This document shows positions 9,774 to 20,726 of a stretch of 64,000 nt of DNA, piece after piece. Position numbers and translations under genes: made by a program. This DNA is from an uncultured delta proteobacterium. GTDB lineage: Bacteria > Desulfobacterota > Syntrophia > Syntrophales > UBA5619. The stretch covers positions 224,001 through 288,000 of the forward strand of contig CAWFOM010000010.1 in the NCBI GenBank assembly GCA_963817385.1, given 5' to 3'. The notes beneath the pieces are model-generated. The model was given only the letters and a program-made list of their open reading frames with translations. It ran no database searches and was not told the DNA's origin. Each line of letters starts with the position of its first letter. The first letter of the stretch is position 1.

Positions 9774-10696
9774 ATGCGCCATCATTATTTACCCAAATTT
9801 TATCTCGAAGGATTTTGCAAGGGGGATAAATTGTGGGTTTTTGATAGAGCAATAAAGGAATTTCGGCAACAAACCTCTGTCAATACCGCAGTTAAAACAA
9901 ATTATTACTCGATTAAAGAAAAGGATGGGGAGAAGAGACAAGAGATAGAAGTTATGTTATCCAAGATTGAAAGCCCAGCCAAACAAGTAATCGATAAGCT
10001 ACTTGCACGAGAAGTTTTAACAGCAGATGATAAGCAAATCCTCTCTATATTTATGGCATTTATGATGAATCGCGTTCCTGATTTTGAAAAATCAGTTAAC
10101 TTTGTAGAAAAACACATTATACAGCTTATGGCTGATATGATGTTCTCTGACGAAAAGCAAGTTCAATCAATAATGGAGGAGTTTGAGAGGACGACGGGAG
10201 AGAAGTTGGATACATCAGCTAAAAAGTTAGTTGATTTCCACAAAAGAAAGCAATATGAGATTATTATTAACAGAAATCTGAGTTGCGCTTAATGATCGAC
10301 ATTAGTATGGAATTATCTAAGTATTTCGGACTAATGGATTGGTGTGTCTTCCATGCTCCACAAAAAAATCTTTCATTACTACTGACAATCCCATAATTCT
10401 CGCCCCACCAAAAAGCCACAAACCTGGATTTGATGGTGTAGGTATAATCACTAAAGGAGCGCGAAAGATTTTCCCCTTGTCACAGGAAGCCAGCCTGGTC
10501 TGGTAATGTTTGATAGCGGACACCGTCTTGTTCATAAGGATGCCGATATTCAGTTGGTCCGTGAAATAAACTTAAATATAGCAAATAATGCTGATAGGCT
10601 CGTAATTGGTCGTGACGAAATACTTTTTAAGAAATATAGTTCGATCCACAAAATTGGCTGAGCGGGAGCGCAAAGGGCGCATTCATATAGGTTAAG
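9774..10696 (+). pseudogene. DUF4238-domain protein with several frameshifts
   Basis: MRHHYLPKFYLEGF start. Downstream frames continue as KSFITTDNPI..FPLS..VREINL. AT-rich. Confidence 0.75.
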
Positions 10697-11432
10697 AGCA
10701 TCTTGAAATCAGATACCAGGAATTCCGAAAAACAGGATAGAACTGGTCACTGTCAGCTATCGGCCCGATAGCCCTTCCCCGGGCTTTCGGATATCAGGTG
10801 TCCTATCACAGCGATCATATACCCATGGGGCACATGAGATTGATCCAGGCGCTACGATCTACTTCGTACCTTTCTTCCACATCCCGTAATGCACAGAAGT
10901 GGCACGAGAAAAAGACGGAATATACTGGCTATTGTCTCCACCTACTACTTCTTAGTCCAAGGGGCTCCGCAAGATGAAGATTATCGATTCAAATGTACAA
11001 TAAAAGGCAGAGTCTGACCCTGCCATTTCCTCTGACTCCCGCCAGTTCAACCAGGCCAAGGCAAAGAAGGAGCATGGTGGTCGGTTCGGGGCCGGAATTA
11101 TCGTGCTGATGGTCAGCAGAAGGGATGCCATCAACTTTTTTCTTTTCGTTGTCATATCATCGTCACCATAAGGTGAATAAAACTCCGGTTCATGCCGCGG
11201 CACAATATCATCACGTCAGAAGTTTTGCGATTGGGAAGAGCCATCCGAGGTTCGAAATTCCATAGATTGATGGAATGGTCCATGATAAACTATCCTATCA
11301 GGAGAGGATAGCGAGATACTCCGAGGTGTTGTGATATTTTGAGAAAAAGGAGAGAAACATGGACGTGGTTTTCATCGGCGCGTTGTTCCTGGCGACGTCC
11401 CGGTTGAGGGGCAAAAAGATAGGAGAAAAGTT

Positions 11433-12278
11433 ATGATTACAGTCCGCTTTTTACGTCAATTCGTGCTGGTATATATTCTTGTTGTCATGACCGTTTGCGG
11501 CTTTGCACAAACACTGCCGGAGAACGAAGAGTATCAGCCAAAAGAAGGCCAAGTCGGCAAGGACGTGATTTGGCTGCCGACGGCGCAGGCGCTTGCTGAA
11601 AAAATGTTGAGCTTGGCGCAAGTTACGTCGGAGGATTACGTGATCGATCTCGGCTCCGGCGACGGGCGCATCGTCATCTCTGCTGCGAAGCGCGGCGCCC
11701 GTGCGCTCGGCATCGAGTATAACCCCGATCTGGTGGCGTTGTCGAAGCGCAACGCCGTCCGGGAGGGTGTCGCAGACAAAGCCCGTTTCATCGAGGCAGA
11801 CATCTTCAAGAGTGATTTTACCCAGGCGACGGTTATCACCATGTTTCTCATGCCCGAGCTCAATCTTCAGCTTCGCCCGGCGATTCTCGATCTCAAGCCC
11901 GGCACGCGCATCGTTTCTAACTCCTTCGATATGGGAGAGTGGGCAGCCGACCAGTTCGTTGAGGTTGGCCGGGAAGAGGGCTGCGACACCCATTATTGCC
12001 AAGCCTATCTCTGGACCGTGCCGGCCAAGGTCGAAGGCACGTGGAAGCTTTCCCAAGGCGAGCTCGAACTCAGGCAGAGCTTCCAGATGTTCACAGGTGA
12101 TTTGCGTGTTGGTGCGGACCGTTTGCCCGTTACTGATGGTCGCCTCTCCGGCAATCGGATCAGCTTCAGGATTGGCGATCTCCACTGTACCGGGCGCGTC
12201 ATAGGCAACACGATGGAGGGGACATCCACATCAGGCAGCGGCCTCACAAAATGGAATGCAACCCGGGTAGCGCATTAG
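11433..12278 (+). CDS. Class I SAM-dependent methyltransferase with N-terminal signal-like segment
   Basis: DVIWLPT, VIDLGSGDGRI and LKPGTRIVS motifs. Confidence 0.88.
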   Translation: MITVRFLRQFVLVYILVVMTVCGFAQTLPENEEYQPKEGQVGKDVIWLPTAQALAEKMLSLAQVTSEDYVIDLGSGDGRIVISAAKRGARALGIEYNPDLVALSKRNAVREGVADKARFIEADIFKSDFTQATVITMFLMPELNLQLRPAILDLKPGTRIVSNSFDMGEWAADQFVEVGREEGCDTHYCQAYLWTVPAKVEGTWKLSQGELELRQSFQMFTGDLRVGADRLPVTDGRLSGNRISFRIGDLHCTGRVIGNTMEGTSTSGSGLTKWNATRVAH

Positions 12279-12316
12279 TGGGGCATGCGACGCCGAAAGA
12301 GATAAGCGCTGTCGGA

Positions 12317-12580
12317 GACGATCAGGGTAAACCCTGGTGGGTGGCGAAGGATATTGCTGACATTTTGGGGTATGCGTGGAATGGAGAAAGGACAGTTTCC
12401 CATGTCCCGCCTTAGTGGCGAGGGGTGGATTCCGTTTCCACCCCTCAAGGAGTACAGGAAATGATTGTACTTCCGAGCCGGGAGTCTGGTTCTTCCTGGG
12501 GAGGAGTGACAAAGAGGCCGCGCTTCCCTTTCAGAAGTAGATTGCCAGAGAGATCTTGCCTTCCATCCGTAAGAGGGGGT
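12317..12580 (+). pseudogene. Bro-N domain (phage antirepressor) relic
   Basis: Reads GKPWWVAKDIADILGY..VSHVP*WRGVDSVSTPQGVQEMIVL / EPGVWFFLGRSDKEAALPFQK*IAREILPSIRKRG with in-frame stops and a frameshift. Confidence 0.75.
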
Positions 12581-12604
12581 GGCCATTCCTTGGGCTATGA
12601 TAAA

Positions 12605-12832
12605 CTATTTTTTGATTTTTTCTTCAGTAAGCGACAGAATTGTTGATGCAGAAAGATTAAATGCCTTTGCGATTTGAAAAATCGTGACCAGAGAAGGTTG
12701 CTTATGGCCACATTCAAGGAGTGAAATGAAACTTCGATCGAGATTACTTACCTCCGCGAGTTTCTCTTGAGAAATTCCCTGCGCCTTCCTTAGCTCTCTT
12801 ATGACCTCTCCGAACGCCTCTTCGATCGTCAG
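12605..12832 (-). CDS. XRE-family helix-turn-helix regulator (start uncertain)
   Basis: AFGEVIRELRKAQGISQEKLAE..LDRSFISLLECG..PSL. Confidence 0.8.
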   Translation of the reverse strand: MTIEEAFGEVIRELRKAQGISQEKLAEVSNLDRSFISLLECGHKQPSLVTIFQIAKAFNLSASTILSLTEEKIKK

Positions 12833-12913
12833 GTTTCCTTTCTGTCGGGTAAACCTAAAACTCTCCCGCAGAACACCGGAGCGCACGCTGTTTGCGAAGC
12901 GCTGACGCGCTCT

Positions 12914-14455
12914 CTATATTCTGAATTCTATCAGGAACGGCCCGCGGCGGCCGCAGGCCGATGTGAACACGTCGGCGAAACTCTCTAGTGTTTCCACGCG
13001 CGTTGCTTCCACGCCCATGCCTGCGGCGAGTTTCACCCAGTCGAGCTCGGGGCGCGCAAGATCGAAAAGTTCGTTCGAGACACGGCCGGGCGTTGCGCCC
13101 ACCGAGACTAACTCGCCATAGAGTATTTTGTAGATGCGGTTGGCGAACACCACGTTTACCACATCGAGCTTCTCGCGCGCCTGGGTCCACAGCGATTGCA
13201 GCGAGTACATGCCCGCGCCGTCGGCCTGCAGGCACACCACCTTGCGTCCGGGGCAGGCAAGTGCCGCGCCCGTGGCACACGGAAACGCGTGGCCGATTGA
13301 GCCGCCGGTATTCTGCAGCCAGTCCATCGGCGCGGCGTTGAAAGTCGGCGCGAACAGGGCGCGGCCGGAGGTGACGCCGTCCTCGGCGACGATGCAGTTC
13401 TCAGGCAGGAGCGCCGCGAGCGTGTTGGCGAAAGCTTCGGGTTCGAACTTGCCGTGCGCGAGCTGCGGCTTGATCGCGCCCTCCGGAATCGGCACGTGTT
13501 TGGGTGCGCCGAGCTCGTCAGCCAGAAATTCCAGGGCGGCAATCGCGTCCTGCTCCGGGCGCGCGAGGACGTGGATGACCGCGTCCGGAGGAGACGTCAG
13601 ACTGGGCTTGTCCGGATAAGCGAAGAACGCGGTGGGCGGCTTCGCGCCGACGAGAATCACGTGTTTCGTGCCTGCCAGCTCCTTGAGTGCGCTATCGACC
13701 AAGTAAGGAATGCGGTCCACCGGTACGCGACCGCGGCCGCGCGCCATGCGCGATACCTGGGAGGGCGTGCGCAGCTTCGCGCCGGTGAAATACGCGATGC
13801 GGTTGGCCGCGGTGAGGCCGGCCTCCGACAAAGCCTGCCCATACAGAATCAGCATTGCCGGCTCCTTGCGCCACAGTACCTGCGCGATCGTTCGCAGATT
13901 ATCAGGCGTCACGGCCGATCGTGTGGGAACCGGCAGTGGTGCGGCGACCGTGCCGCCCTCGCTCCAGGCGGTGTCCGCTGGTAGGATCAGCGTGGCAATC
14001 TGCCCGGGCGGGGTGTTCGCAGCCTGCACTGCGGCTGCGCTGTCTACGCCTACACTCGCGGGGGAGGAGCTGGTTCGTACCCAGTGCGACACCGCGCGTG
14101 CAAGGCCCTCGGTGTCGGCGGTGAGCGGCGCATCGAACGGCCGGTGGTAGCTCGCCTGGTCACCGACGATATTGACCATCGGCGAATACGCCCGGCGCGC
14201 GTTGTGCACGTTGGCGATGCCATTGGCGAAGCCCGGTCCGCAATGGAGCAGCGTTGCGGCGGGCTTGCCAGCCATGCGAGCGTATCCGTCGGCGCAGCCG
14301 GTCACCACGGTTTCGGCCATGCCAAGGATGCAGCGCATGCCCTCGACCTTGTCAAGGGCGGCGACGAAATGCATTTCCGATGTGCCGGGGTTGGCGAAGC
14401 AGGTATCGACGCCGCTGGCGAGCAGAGTGCGCACAAGGCTTTCAGCGCCATTCAT
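12914..14455 (-). CDS. ThDP-dependent enzyme, acetolactate synthase large subunit-like / decarboxylase
   Basis: MNGAESLV..FANPGTSEMH, TLLHCGPG, ThDP motif ADGAG..N. Visibly GC-rich. Confidence 0.88.
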   Translation of the reverse strand: MNGAESLVRTLLASGVDTCFANPGTSEMHFVAALDKVEGMRCILGMAETVVTGCADGYARMAGKPAATLLHCGPGFANGIANVHNARRAYSPMVNIVGDQASYHRPFDAPLTADTEGLARAVSHWVRTSSSPASVGVDSAAAVQAANTPPGQIATLILPADTAWSEGGTVAAPLPVPTRSAVTPDNLRTIAQVLWRKEPAMLILYGQALSEAGLTAANRIAYFTGAKLRTPSQVSRMARGRGRVPVDRIPYLVDSALKELAGTKHVILVGAKPPTAFFAYPDKPSLTSPPDAVIHVLARPEQDAIAALEFLADELGAPKHVPIPEGAIKPQLAHGKFEPEAFANTLAALLPENCIVAEDGVTSGRALFAPTFNAAPMDWLQNTGGSIGHAFPCATGAALACPGRKVVCLQADGAGMYSLQSLWTQAREKLDVVNVVFANRIYKILYGELVSVGATPGRVSNELFDLARPELDWVKLAAGMGVEATRVETLESFADVFTSACGRRGPFLIEFRI

Positions 14456-14993
14456 AGGTAGTATCCGTTCGAGTGTGAAAAGGCCGTCTTCAGTTCGCAG
14501 CAGCGGGTAAGGACTGGCATAAACATTTACGAAGGTTACGCATCCGGGTAACTACTCAGGTAGCCCCACCATGGAGCCATAACTGCTGCCGAGTACTATA
14601 TCCACCCCCCTCATGAATGCAAGCACAAAAATACAATTATTTCCTGCTGGACTCGGGCGGCGGAATGCGGTATTCCTAATCGCATCGCCAGCCCCTGCTT
14701 TTCGATGCAAATATCCGATGCGAAATATCCCTTGACAAGCAATAACAGCCCCCCTATAAAAGCCTTCCTAAACTGTTGCGGGATTAATCTTGCTCTCGAT
14801 CGCCTAGCCACGTTGAGATAGTGTCTCACACCGGTATCGAGTGCTACGGACCTGTCCTGAGTACTTGGACCCAATTTAAGATTGAGTTCTTCAATATTCT
14901 CATGTTAATGGAGCACTGCCTCCAGTGCCGGAGAAGGAAGGTTTGTTCCTCTCACCTCCAAAGTTTATGGCCTTTGGGCCGAAGGAGAGTTCA

Positions 14994-15320
14994 ATGAATC
15001 CAGAAAGTCCTTTTTTTACTATCGAGGGATTGCCCTCGGATTTCCTGCGCCCGGGAACGGAACGGCGGTCGATCCGGTTGGGGGAGGTGCAATTTATGTT
15101 CATCTCTTTTGACCGTCCGACGGTTTCTCCCTTGCACGATCACCCCTGGGACAGCATCATTTACGTTGACCGGGGGGAGTTCGAGATGACGGTCGGCGAT
15201 CAGCAGCGAAAGGTAGTCCCCGGAGAGGGTACGGTTGTCCCTGCAGGGGTAAAGCACACGCTGACGACGGGTCCGGGTTCCCGGCTCATCGAGGTCTGGT
15301 ATCCGATGAAGCAGGCGTGA
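14994..15320 (+). CDS. Cupin-domain protein
   Basis: HDHPW..G..EMTVG..VPAGVKH motif; AAGGAG RBS. Confidence 0.8.
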   Translation: MNPESPFFTIEGLPSDFLRPGTERRSIRLGEVQFMFISFDRPTVSPLHDHPWDSIIYVDRGEFEMTVGDQQRKVVPGEGTVVPAGVKHTLTTGPGSRLIEVWYPMKQA

Positions 15321-15352
15321 TAACGCGGTATTTTTAACTGAAGGAGTTCTTC

Positions 15353-16715
15353 ATGACAACGAAAAAGGTACAGAGTAATGTGACGGAGGTGCTTGCCCGG
15401 TTTGCGGCCACGGTAACATACGATGAAATCCCGGCGCAGACGTGCAAGAATCTGCTGCTGGACGCCTTGGCGTGCGCCCTGGCAGGGCACCAGGGGGAGG
15501 AGACCCACCAGATTGCAGCGCTGGCGTCGGGACTGGCGCAATCCAAAGAGAGCAGCATCATCGGCGGGGATCATCTCTCGCTGGCGGGAGCAACCCTGCT
15601 CAACGGATATCTGATTACTGCCGTCACCATGTGCGACATCCACCGTCCCACCCTCACGCACATCACCCCGGAAGTGGTCCCGTCCGCACTGGCCATTGCG
15701 GAGCGGGATTCGCTGTCGGGACGTGACCTGTTGGTCGCCCTCGCTGTCGGATGCGAGATGACGACACGAATCGGGATCGGTATCGATTACCCGGCGTTTC
15801 GCGACCGGGGTTTCCATGGTCCGGGAGTCTTCGGTCCGTTCGGCTCCGCTGCGGCCGTAGGCCGTCTGCTCGGCTTCGACCCTGAGACCATGGCCGTAGC
15901 CTTTGGCCTGGCGGGCAGCCAGGCTGCGGGCACCTTTGCCGCGTGGAAAACCCCGACGGTCAAGTTTCACCAGTGTCGAGGCGCCCTCTCCGGACTCATG
16001 GCCGCGCTGTTGGCTCAACAGCGATTTGTGGCTACCCACCAGTTTCTGACCGCTCCCGACGGCGGTCTGTATAACAGCTACTCAAACGGAGGTCATCCGG
16101 ATGCGGCTATTGAGGGCCTGGGGAACCGCTGGGAACTGGAACAGATCGGCCTGCGACTATGGCCTTCCGCGTCTACCATCCAGGGGATGATCACGGCAAT
16201 GTTCAACCTGGTGGAAAAGCACAGCTTGAGTCCCCGATCGGACCAAAAAGCTGCGCATTTCCCTGGGCAAGACGGCTTTCGACATGCATGGCGGTTTCTC
16301 CAACTACAAGGGGAAGTTCGAGGCGCTCCTCTCCGCCCATTACGCCGCCGCGGTGATCCTCCATGATCGGGAATTGACGCTGGCCCAATTCGAGCCGGCG
16401 CGTTACAATGACCCGAAATTGGTGCGGTTTGCTGCCGATCAGGTGGAAGTAAGGCCCGATCCCACCTTGGTCGGCGTTCAGGCGTTGGCGGAAGCGGAAA
16501 CCATTGACGGTTCGACCGTTGTCGTCCGGTGCAACGACCCCAAGGGCTCGCCCGAAGATCCGCTCTCACGGGCCGATGTAGAGAGAAAATTCCGAACCTA
16601 CGCCAAGGAACGGCTTTCGGATTCCCGTATCGAAGAGGTTATCGGCATTGTCTCCCGGTTGGAGGAGCTTGGATCGGTGCGAAAATTGATGGAGATTCTG
16701 AGGAACCCCAGTTAA
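15353..16715 (+). pseudogene. MmgE/PrpD family protein, one frameshift near 16233
   Basis: LLLDALACALAG, RGFH, AFGLAGSQAAG and PKGSPEDPLS motifs. Removing one C from CCCC (16232-16235) joins the two ORFs. Confidence 0.85.
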
Positions 16716-16835
16716 GAAACGCGGCCTTTACCGGATGCCCACGAAGGCGACCTGACCCCCAAAGGTGATCCAGGCAGAGAGTTACTTTGAACTACCCCGC
16801 ATCTTGCTGCGGGGTAGTTCATCGGTGAATTAAGT

Positions 16836-18247
16836 CTATTCAAAAATCTCGCTATTGTAGAATTCGCCGAACAATTCCTCTTCCGGCGGCCTGTCCTCCG
16901 GGATCGGGCGACTCACCCACGTAACATTCATATAATGTTTCAGGTGGATGTTCTCGTTGGTGATATTGCCTCCCCAGTAACCGCAGCCCAGGCTCGCGGT
17001 CATCGGCATGCCGTTCGTGAAAGATCCCGCATTGGCTTTCGATTGGGCCTGGCGGACCATCATACGGCTGACGGGAGCCACAAGCGCCAGGCGATGGATG
17101 TGGTCGTCGTTGAACGAGTAAATGCCGCAGGAGTGCCCCTTGCCGCCCACTTCGTAGATTCTTCGCACCATATCGAGGGCCACTTCAAACTCACCGCTGT
17201 ACTTGAAAATCGCCAGCATGGTGCCGAGTTTTTCGCTGGAGAACAGATGCTCCTTGCCGATCTTGTCCTCCTTGACGATGAGGAACGTCTTATCCGGAGG
17301 GAGCTTGAAACCGGCCAGTTCCGCGATCTTCGCTGCCGGCCGGGCGACCGTCTTGGGAATCCGGTGCCCTTCTTCATCCCACCACACTTTCCGAACTAGT
17401 TCCATTTCTCCTCCTCCGAGCACAGATAACCGCCCTCTTTTTGGAGCTGTTCCAGGAATTTGTCATATATGGACTCGTGCACGATGAGGTTTCCGTCCGA
17501 CGAACAGCCGGCGCCGTTGTCGTTGGTCTTGCTGAGGCGGGTATTCAGGGCCGCCTCCTCGATATTCGCGGTTTCATCGATGACCATGGTCGAATTCCCC
17601 GGTCCCACGCCGTAGGCCGGCTTGCCCGAACTATACGCGGACTTCACCATCGGCCCGCCGCCGGTGGCGACCGTCAGATCGCAGATGGACATCAATTCCT
17701 GCGCCAGCGGAATGCTCGGGTTTTCGACGGACTGCAGCAGGTCCTCGGGCGCACCCGCCTTTTTGAGCGCCATCCGCATCAGATGGACGACATAGTTTGA
17801 GGTTTTCTTGCTGGCGGGATGCGGGCCAAAGATGACGGCATCCTTGCATTTGACGGCGTAAATACCTACAGACATGGGTGTAACAAGGGGATTGGTCGTG
17901 GGGCTGAGTGAGCAGACAACCCCGGCGGGCTTGGCGTACTTGGTGATCCCCTTTTCGGGAACTTCTTCGATGATCCCCATGCTCTTCTGTCTCAGCGCGT
18001 CCCTGAGTACCCCCAACACCTTAAAACGTTTCGCCGGTGTAGGATCACCCAGACCGCTCTCATCGACCGCCATGTTCACCAACCGGACCGCGTTCTTCTC
18101 GTTGTAAAGCTGCCAGCCCATCGCCTGGCAGAGCCGGTCCACCTGTGCCTGATCGTAGTTCTCGATCGCCTTCATCGCTGCCCTGGCCCTTCCCAGCAAC
18201 TCCTGGGCAAGCTTTTTCTCCTCCTTGGTAATTTCCCTAGCCATCAT
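16836..18247 (-). pseudogene. CoA-acylating aldehyde dehydrogenase (SauS-like), frameshift near 17405
   Basis: PTTNP, ATGG, GVGPGN, catalytic GCSSD, SEKL, LGCGYWGGN and C-terminal RPIPEDRP..ELFGEF, split over two frames. Confidence 0.85.
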
Positions 18248-18761
18248 ATCCTCCTGATGATTTAAATGGGGGACAAACTGTTTTTCGGCCCCTTCTCGTC
18301 GTAGGGTCAACGGATTTGTCATCCTGCTTGACCGTTCTTAGATGAATTCACCCCTCTCAAAGGCGACGCCCATGATACGATTCGAGAGTGTCATTCCTAT
18401 ACGTAGATTGCCAACGGGTGTGTGATAATACTACAATGCAGGGCAATAATACTGTTCGCTCTCCTGACTGTCCGGTGCATACCCGACTGCTCCAGGCACT
18501 ACCCAACGGCAGTTCGGCACCCTGTTTCCAAGCCGCCAGAACCTACACAAAACGACCTGCTATTGTCAAGGTTTATGTGGGAAATATTTACAGGCAAATT
18601 CTTTGAAGAAAGGCAGGTTTTTGCGACCCGGCTCCCCAGTTTGCCACCACTGGCCATGGAGGCCTTCACGTCAAACAGCGTGCCGGAAAATCTACCCCGT
18701 GCGAACGGGCCATGGCGGGTACGACTCCTCCAGCGAGACGAGACCTGGAGAGGTTGTTGCC

Positions 18762-20063
18762 TCAAGGCTTTCGAAAATTCTTGCCGGCATATGTGCACTT
18801 GCTTCCAAGTTCTTCTTCAATCCTCACGAGCTGGTTGTACTTGGCAAGCCTCTCAGACCTGCATGGTGCGCCTGTCTTTATCTGGCCGGTCTTAAGCCCG
18901 ACGACAAGGTCGGCTATGAAGCAGTCTTCCGTCTCTCCGCTCCTATGGCTGACCATTACTCCCCAGCCTGCATTTTGCGAATCCTTACATGCCTGTATTG
19001 ATTCGGTGACTGATCCAATCTGATTCACCTTGAGGAGCAATGAATTACATGCTTTTTTCTCAATAGCTATCTTGATTCTCTTAGGATTTGTCACCAGAAG
19101 ATCGTCTCCGACTATTTGAGTAGTCTTTCCTACTGCTGATGTAAGCTTAGGGTATGTTGTCCAGTCATCCTGATCGAATGGGTCTTCTATGGACACAAGG
19201 CCATATTCTTTCACAAAGCTCTCATACAGCTTGATCATCTCGTCACCCGTCTTGACCTGTGAGCCATCGTTCTTTGGATTCTTGAAATCCAGGTCGTATT
19301 TTCCATCCTTGAAGAATTCTGAAGCAGCCACATCCATTCCTATGAATACTTTGCCTGTATATCCTGCATTTGCTATTGCCTTCTTCAATAGCTCCAGTCC
19401 TTCCTTGTTGTCCTGTATGTTAGGCGCAAATCCACCTTCATCACCCACATTCACTGCGTCCTGGCCGTACTTTTCCTTGATGACGTTCCTCAATGAATGG
19501 TATGTCTCAGATCCCATCCTCAATGCCTCCCGAAAGTTTGGGGCTTCTAACGGCAATATCATGAACTCCTGCATGGCGAGTTTATTTCCCGCATGCGCCC
19601 CGCCATTGATAACATTGAAGCTCGGCACCGGCAACACAAACTCCTTGACTCCGGCAAGGTCAGCTATATGCTTGTATAGAGGGACTTTCTTTGCAGCAGC
19701 TCCCCCCTTGCAGGCAGCCATGGAGACGGCAAGTATCGCATTGGCGCCGAACTTGCTCTTATGCTCCGTTCCGTCTGCGTTGATCATGGCATTGTCTATA
19801 TCTGACTGCCTCGTCGGATCCATGCCAATCACTATCTTTGAGATCTCCTTATTCACATTATCGACTGCCTTGAGAACTCCTTTACCCAGGTATCTTGATT
19901 TGTCTCCATCCCGCAGCTCTAATGCCTCATACACTCCCGTAGATGCTCCTGAAGGCACCATTGCGCGAAAAAGTCCGTCCTCCGTTGTCAGATCCGCTTC
20001 AACAGTCGGGTTGCCCCTCGAATCAAGTACCTCTCTTGCATGCACTGATTTTATCTTTGCCAT
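18762..20063 (-). CDS. eno: Enolase (phosphopyruvate hydratase), eukaryote-type sequence
   Basis: [37 protein letters not shown] and [20 protein letters not shown]. Confidence 0.97.
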   Translation of the reverse strand: MAKIKSVHAREVLDSRGNPTVEADLTTEDGLFRAMVPSGASTGVYEALELRDGDKSRYLGKGVLKAVDNVNKEISKIVIGMDPTRQSDIDNAMINADGTEHKSKFGANAILAVSMAACKGGAAAKKVPLYKHIADLAGVKEFVLPVPSFNVINGGAHAGNKLAMQEFMILPLEAPNFREALRMGSETYHSLRNVIKEKYGQDAVNVGDEGGFAPNIQDNKEGLELLKKAIANAGYTGKVFIGMDVAASEFFKDGKYDLDFKNPKNDGSQVKTGDEMIKLYESFVKEYGLVSIEDPFDQDDWTTYPKLTSAVGKTTQIVGDDLLVTNPKRIKIAIEKKACNSLLLKVNQIGSVTESIQACKDSQNAGWGVMVSHRSGETEDCFIADLVVGLKTGQIKTGAPCRSERLAKYNQLVRIEEELGSKCTYAGKNFRKP

Positions 20064-20316
20064 TGTCTATTCACCCTTTGTTTTTTTCATGGAAGTTTCT
20101 TCTCCCCCCAGCCATGTTCTCTGCCAGACCATGACCTGACCTTATTACTTGTACCACATGTTAAGTTAGAGTTCTACCATTATGTAGGGTCGCCTCTGGT
20201 GCTGGAGAACGGCAAGCAACCTGAATTGCGCGATTGGGGGGCAAGGCCTTCACTTACTTGACTGGTTTGATCAAGAGGTAGTATAGATAACGGATTAGAG
20301 GAGGACGACGTGAGAA

Positions 20317-20589
20317 ATGAGCATAAAGGTAAATATCCTTCCCTATCTTCAGTATCTTACGGGCGGCAAGGCCGTGGTTGAGGTCGAAGGCAGCACCGTT
20401 GCCAAGTGCCTCGATGATCTGACCAGGCAGTTTCCCGGGGTCAGGACTGTTCTGTTTGACGATAACGGAGCACTACTGGACTACGTGGATATCACGGTGA
20501 ATGGTGAAAGCAGTTACCATGAGGGCCTGACCAAACCGGTTCGGGAGGGAGATGAACTGCTTATCATCCTACTGATTGCGGGAGGATAA
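20317..20589 (+). CDS. MoaD/ThiS-family sulfur carrier
   Basis: 90 aa ubiquitin-like protein with C-terminal GG, adjacent to AOR. Confidence 0.88.
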   Translation: MSIKVNILPYLQYLTGGKAVVEVEGSTVAKCLDDLTRQFPGVRTVLFDDNGALLDYVDITVNGESSYHEGLTKPVREGDELLIILLIAGG

Positions 20590-20726
20590 TCGATATGAGG
20601 GCGCCGGCGTGACGACATTCGCTTTACCCTATAGTAGCCGCCGGAGCATCCGCTGTTTCCGGCGCCTTGCGCAGTTATTTGCACTGAGTAAGGCGAAGAA
20701 TCAAGATTAGTGAAGGAGGTATTTAT

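Noticed and set aside
18340..18760. ORFs between the ALDH and enolase, and in 10700-11350
   Set aside because: No recognisable domain, RBS or codon signal; left unannotated.
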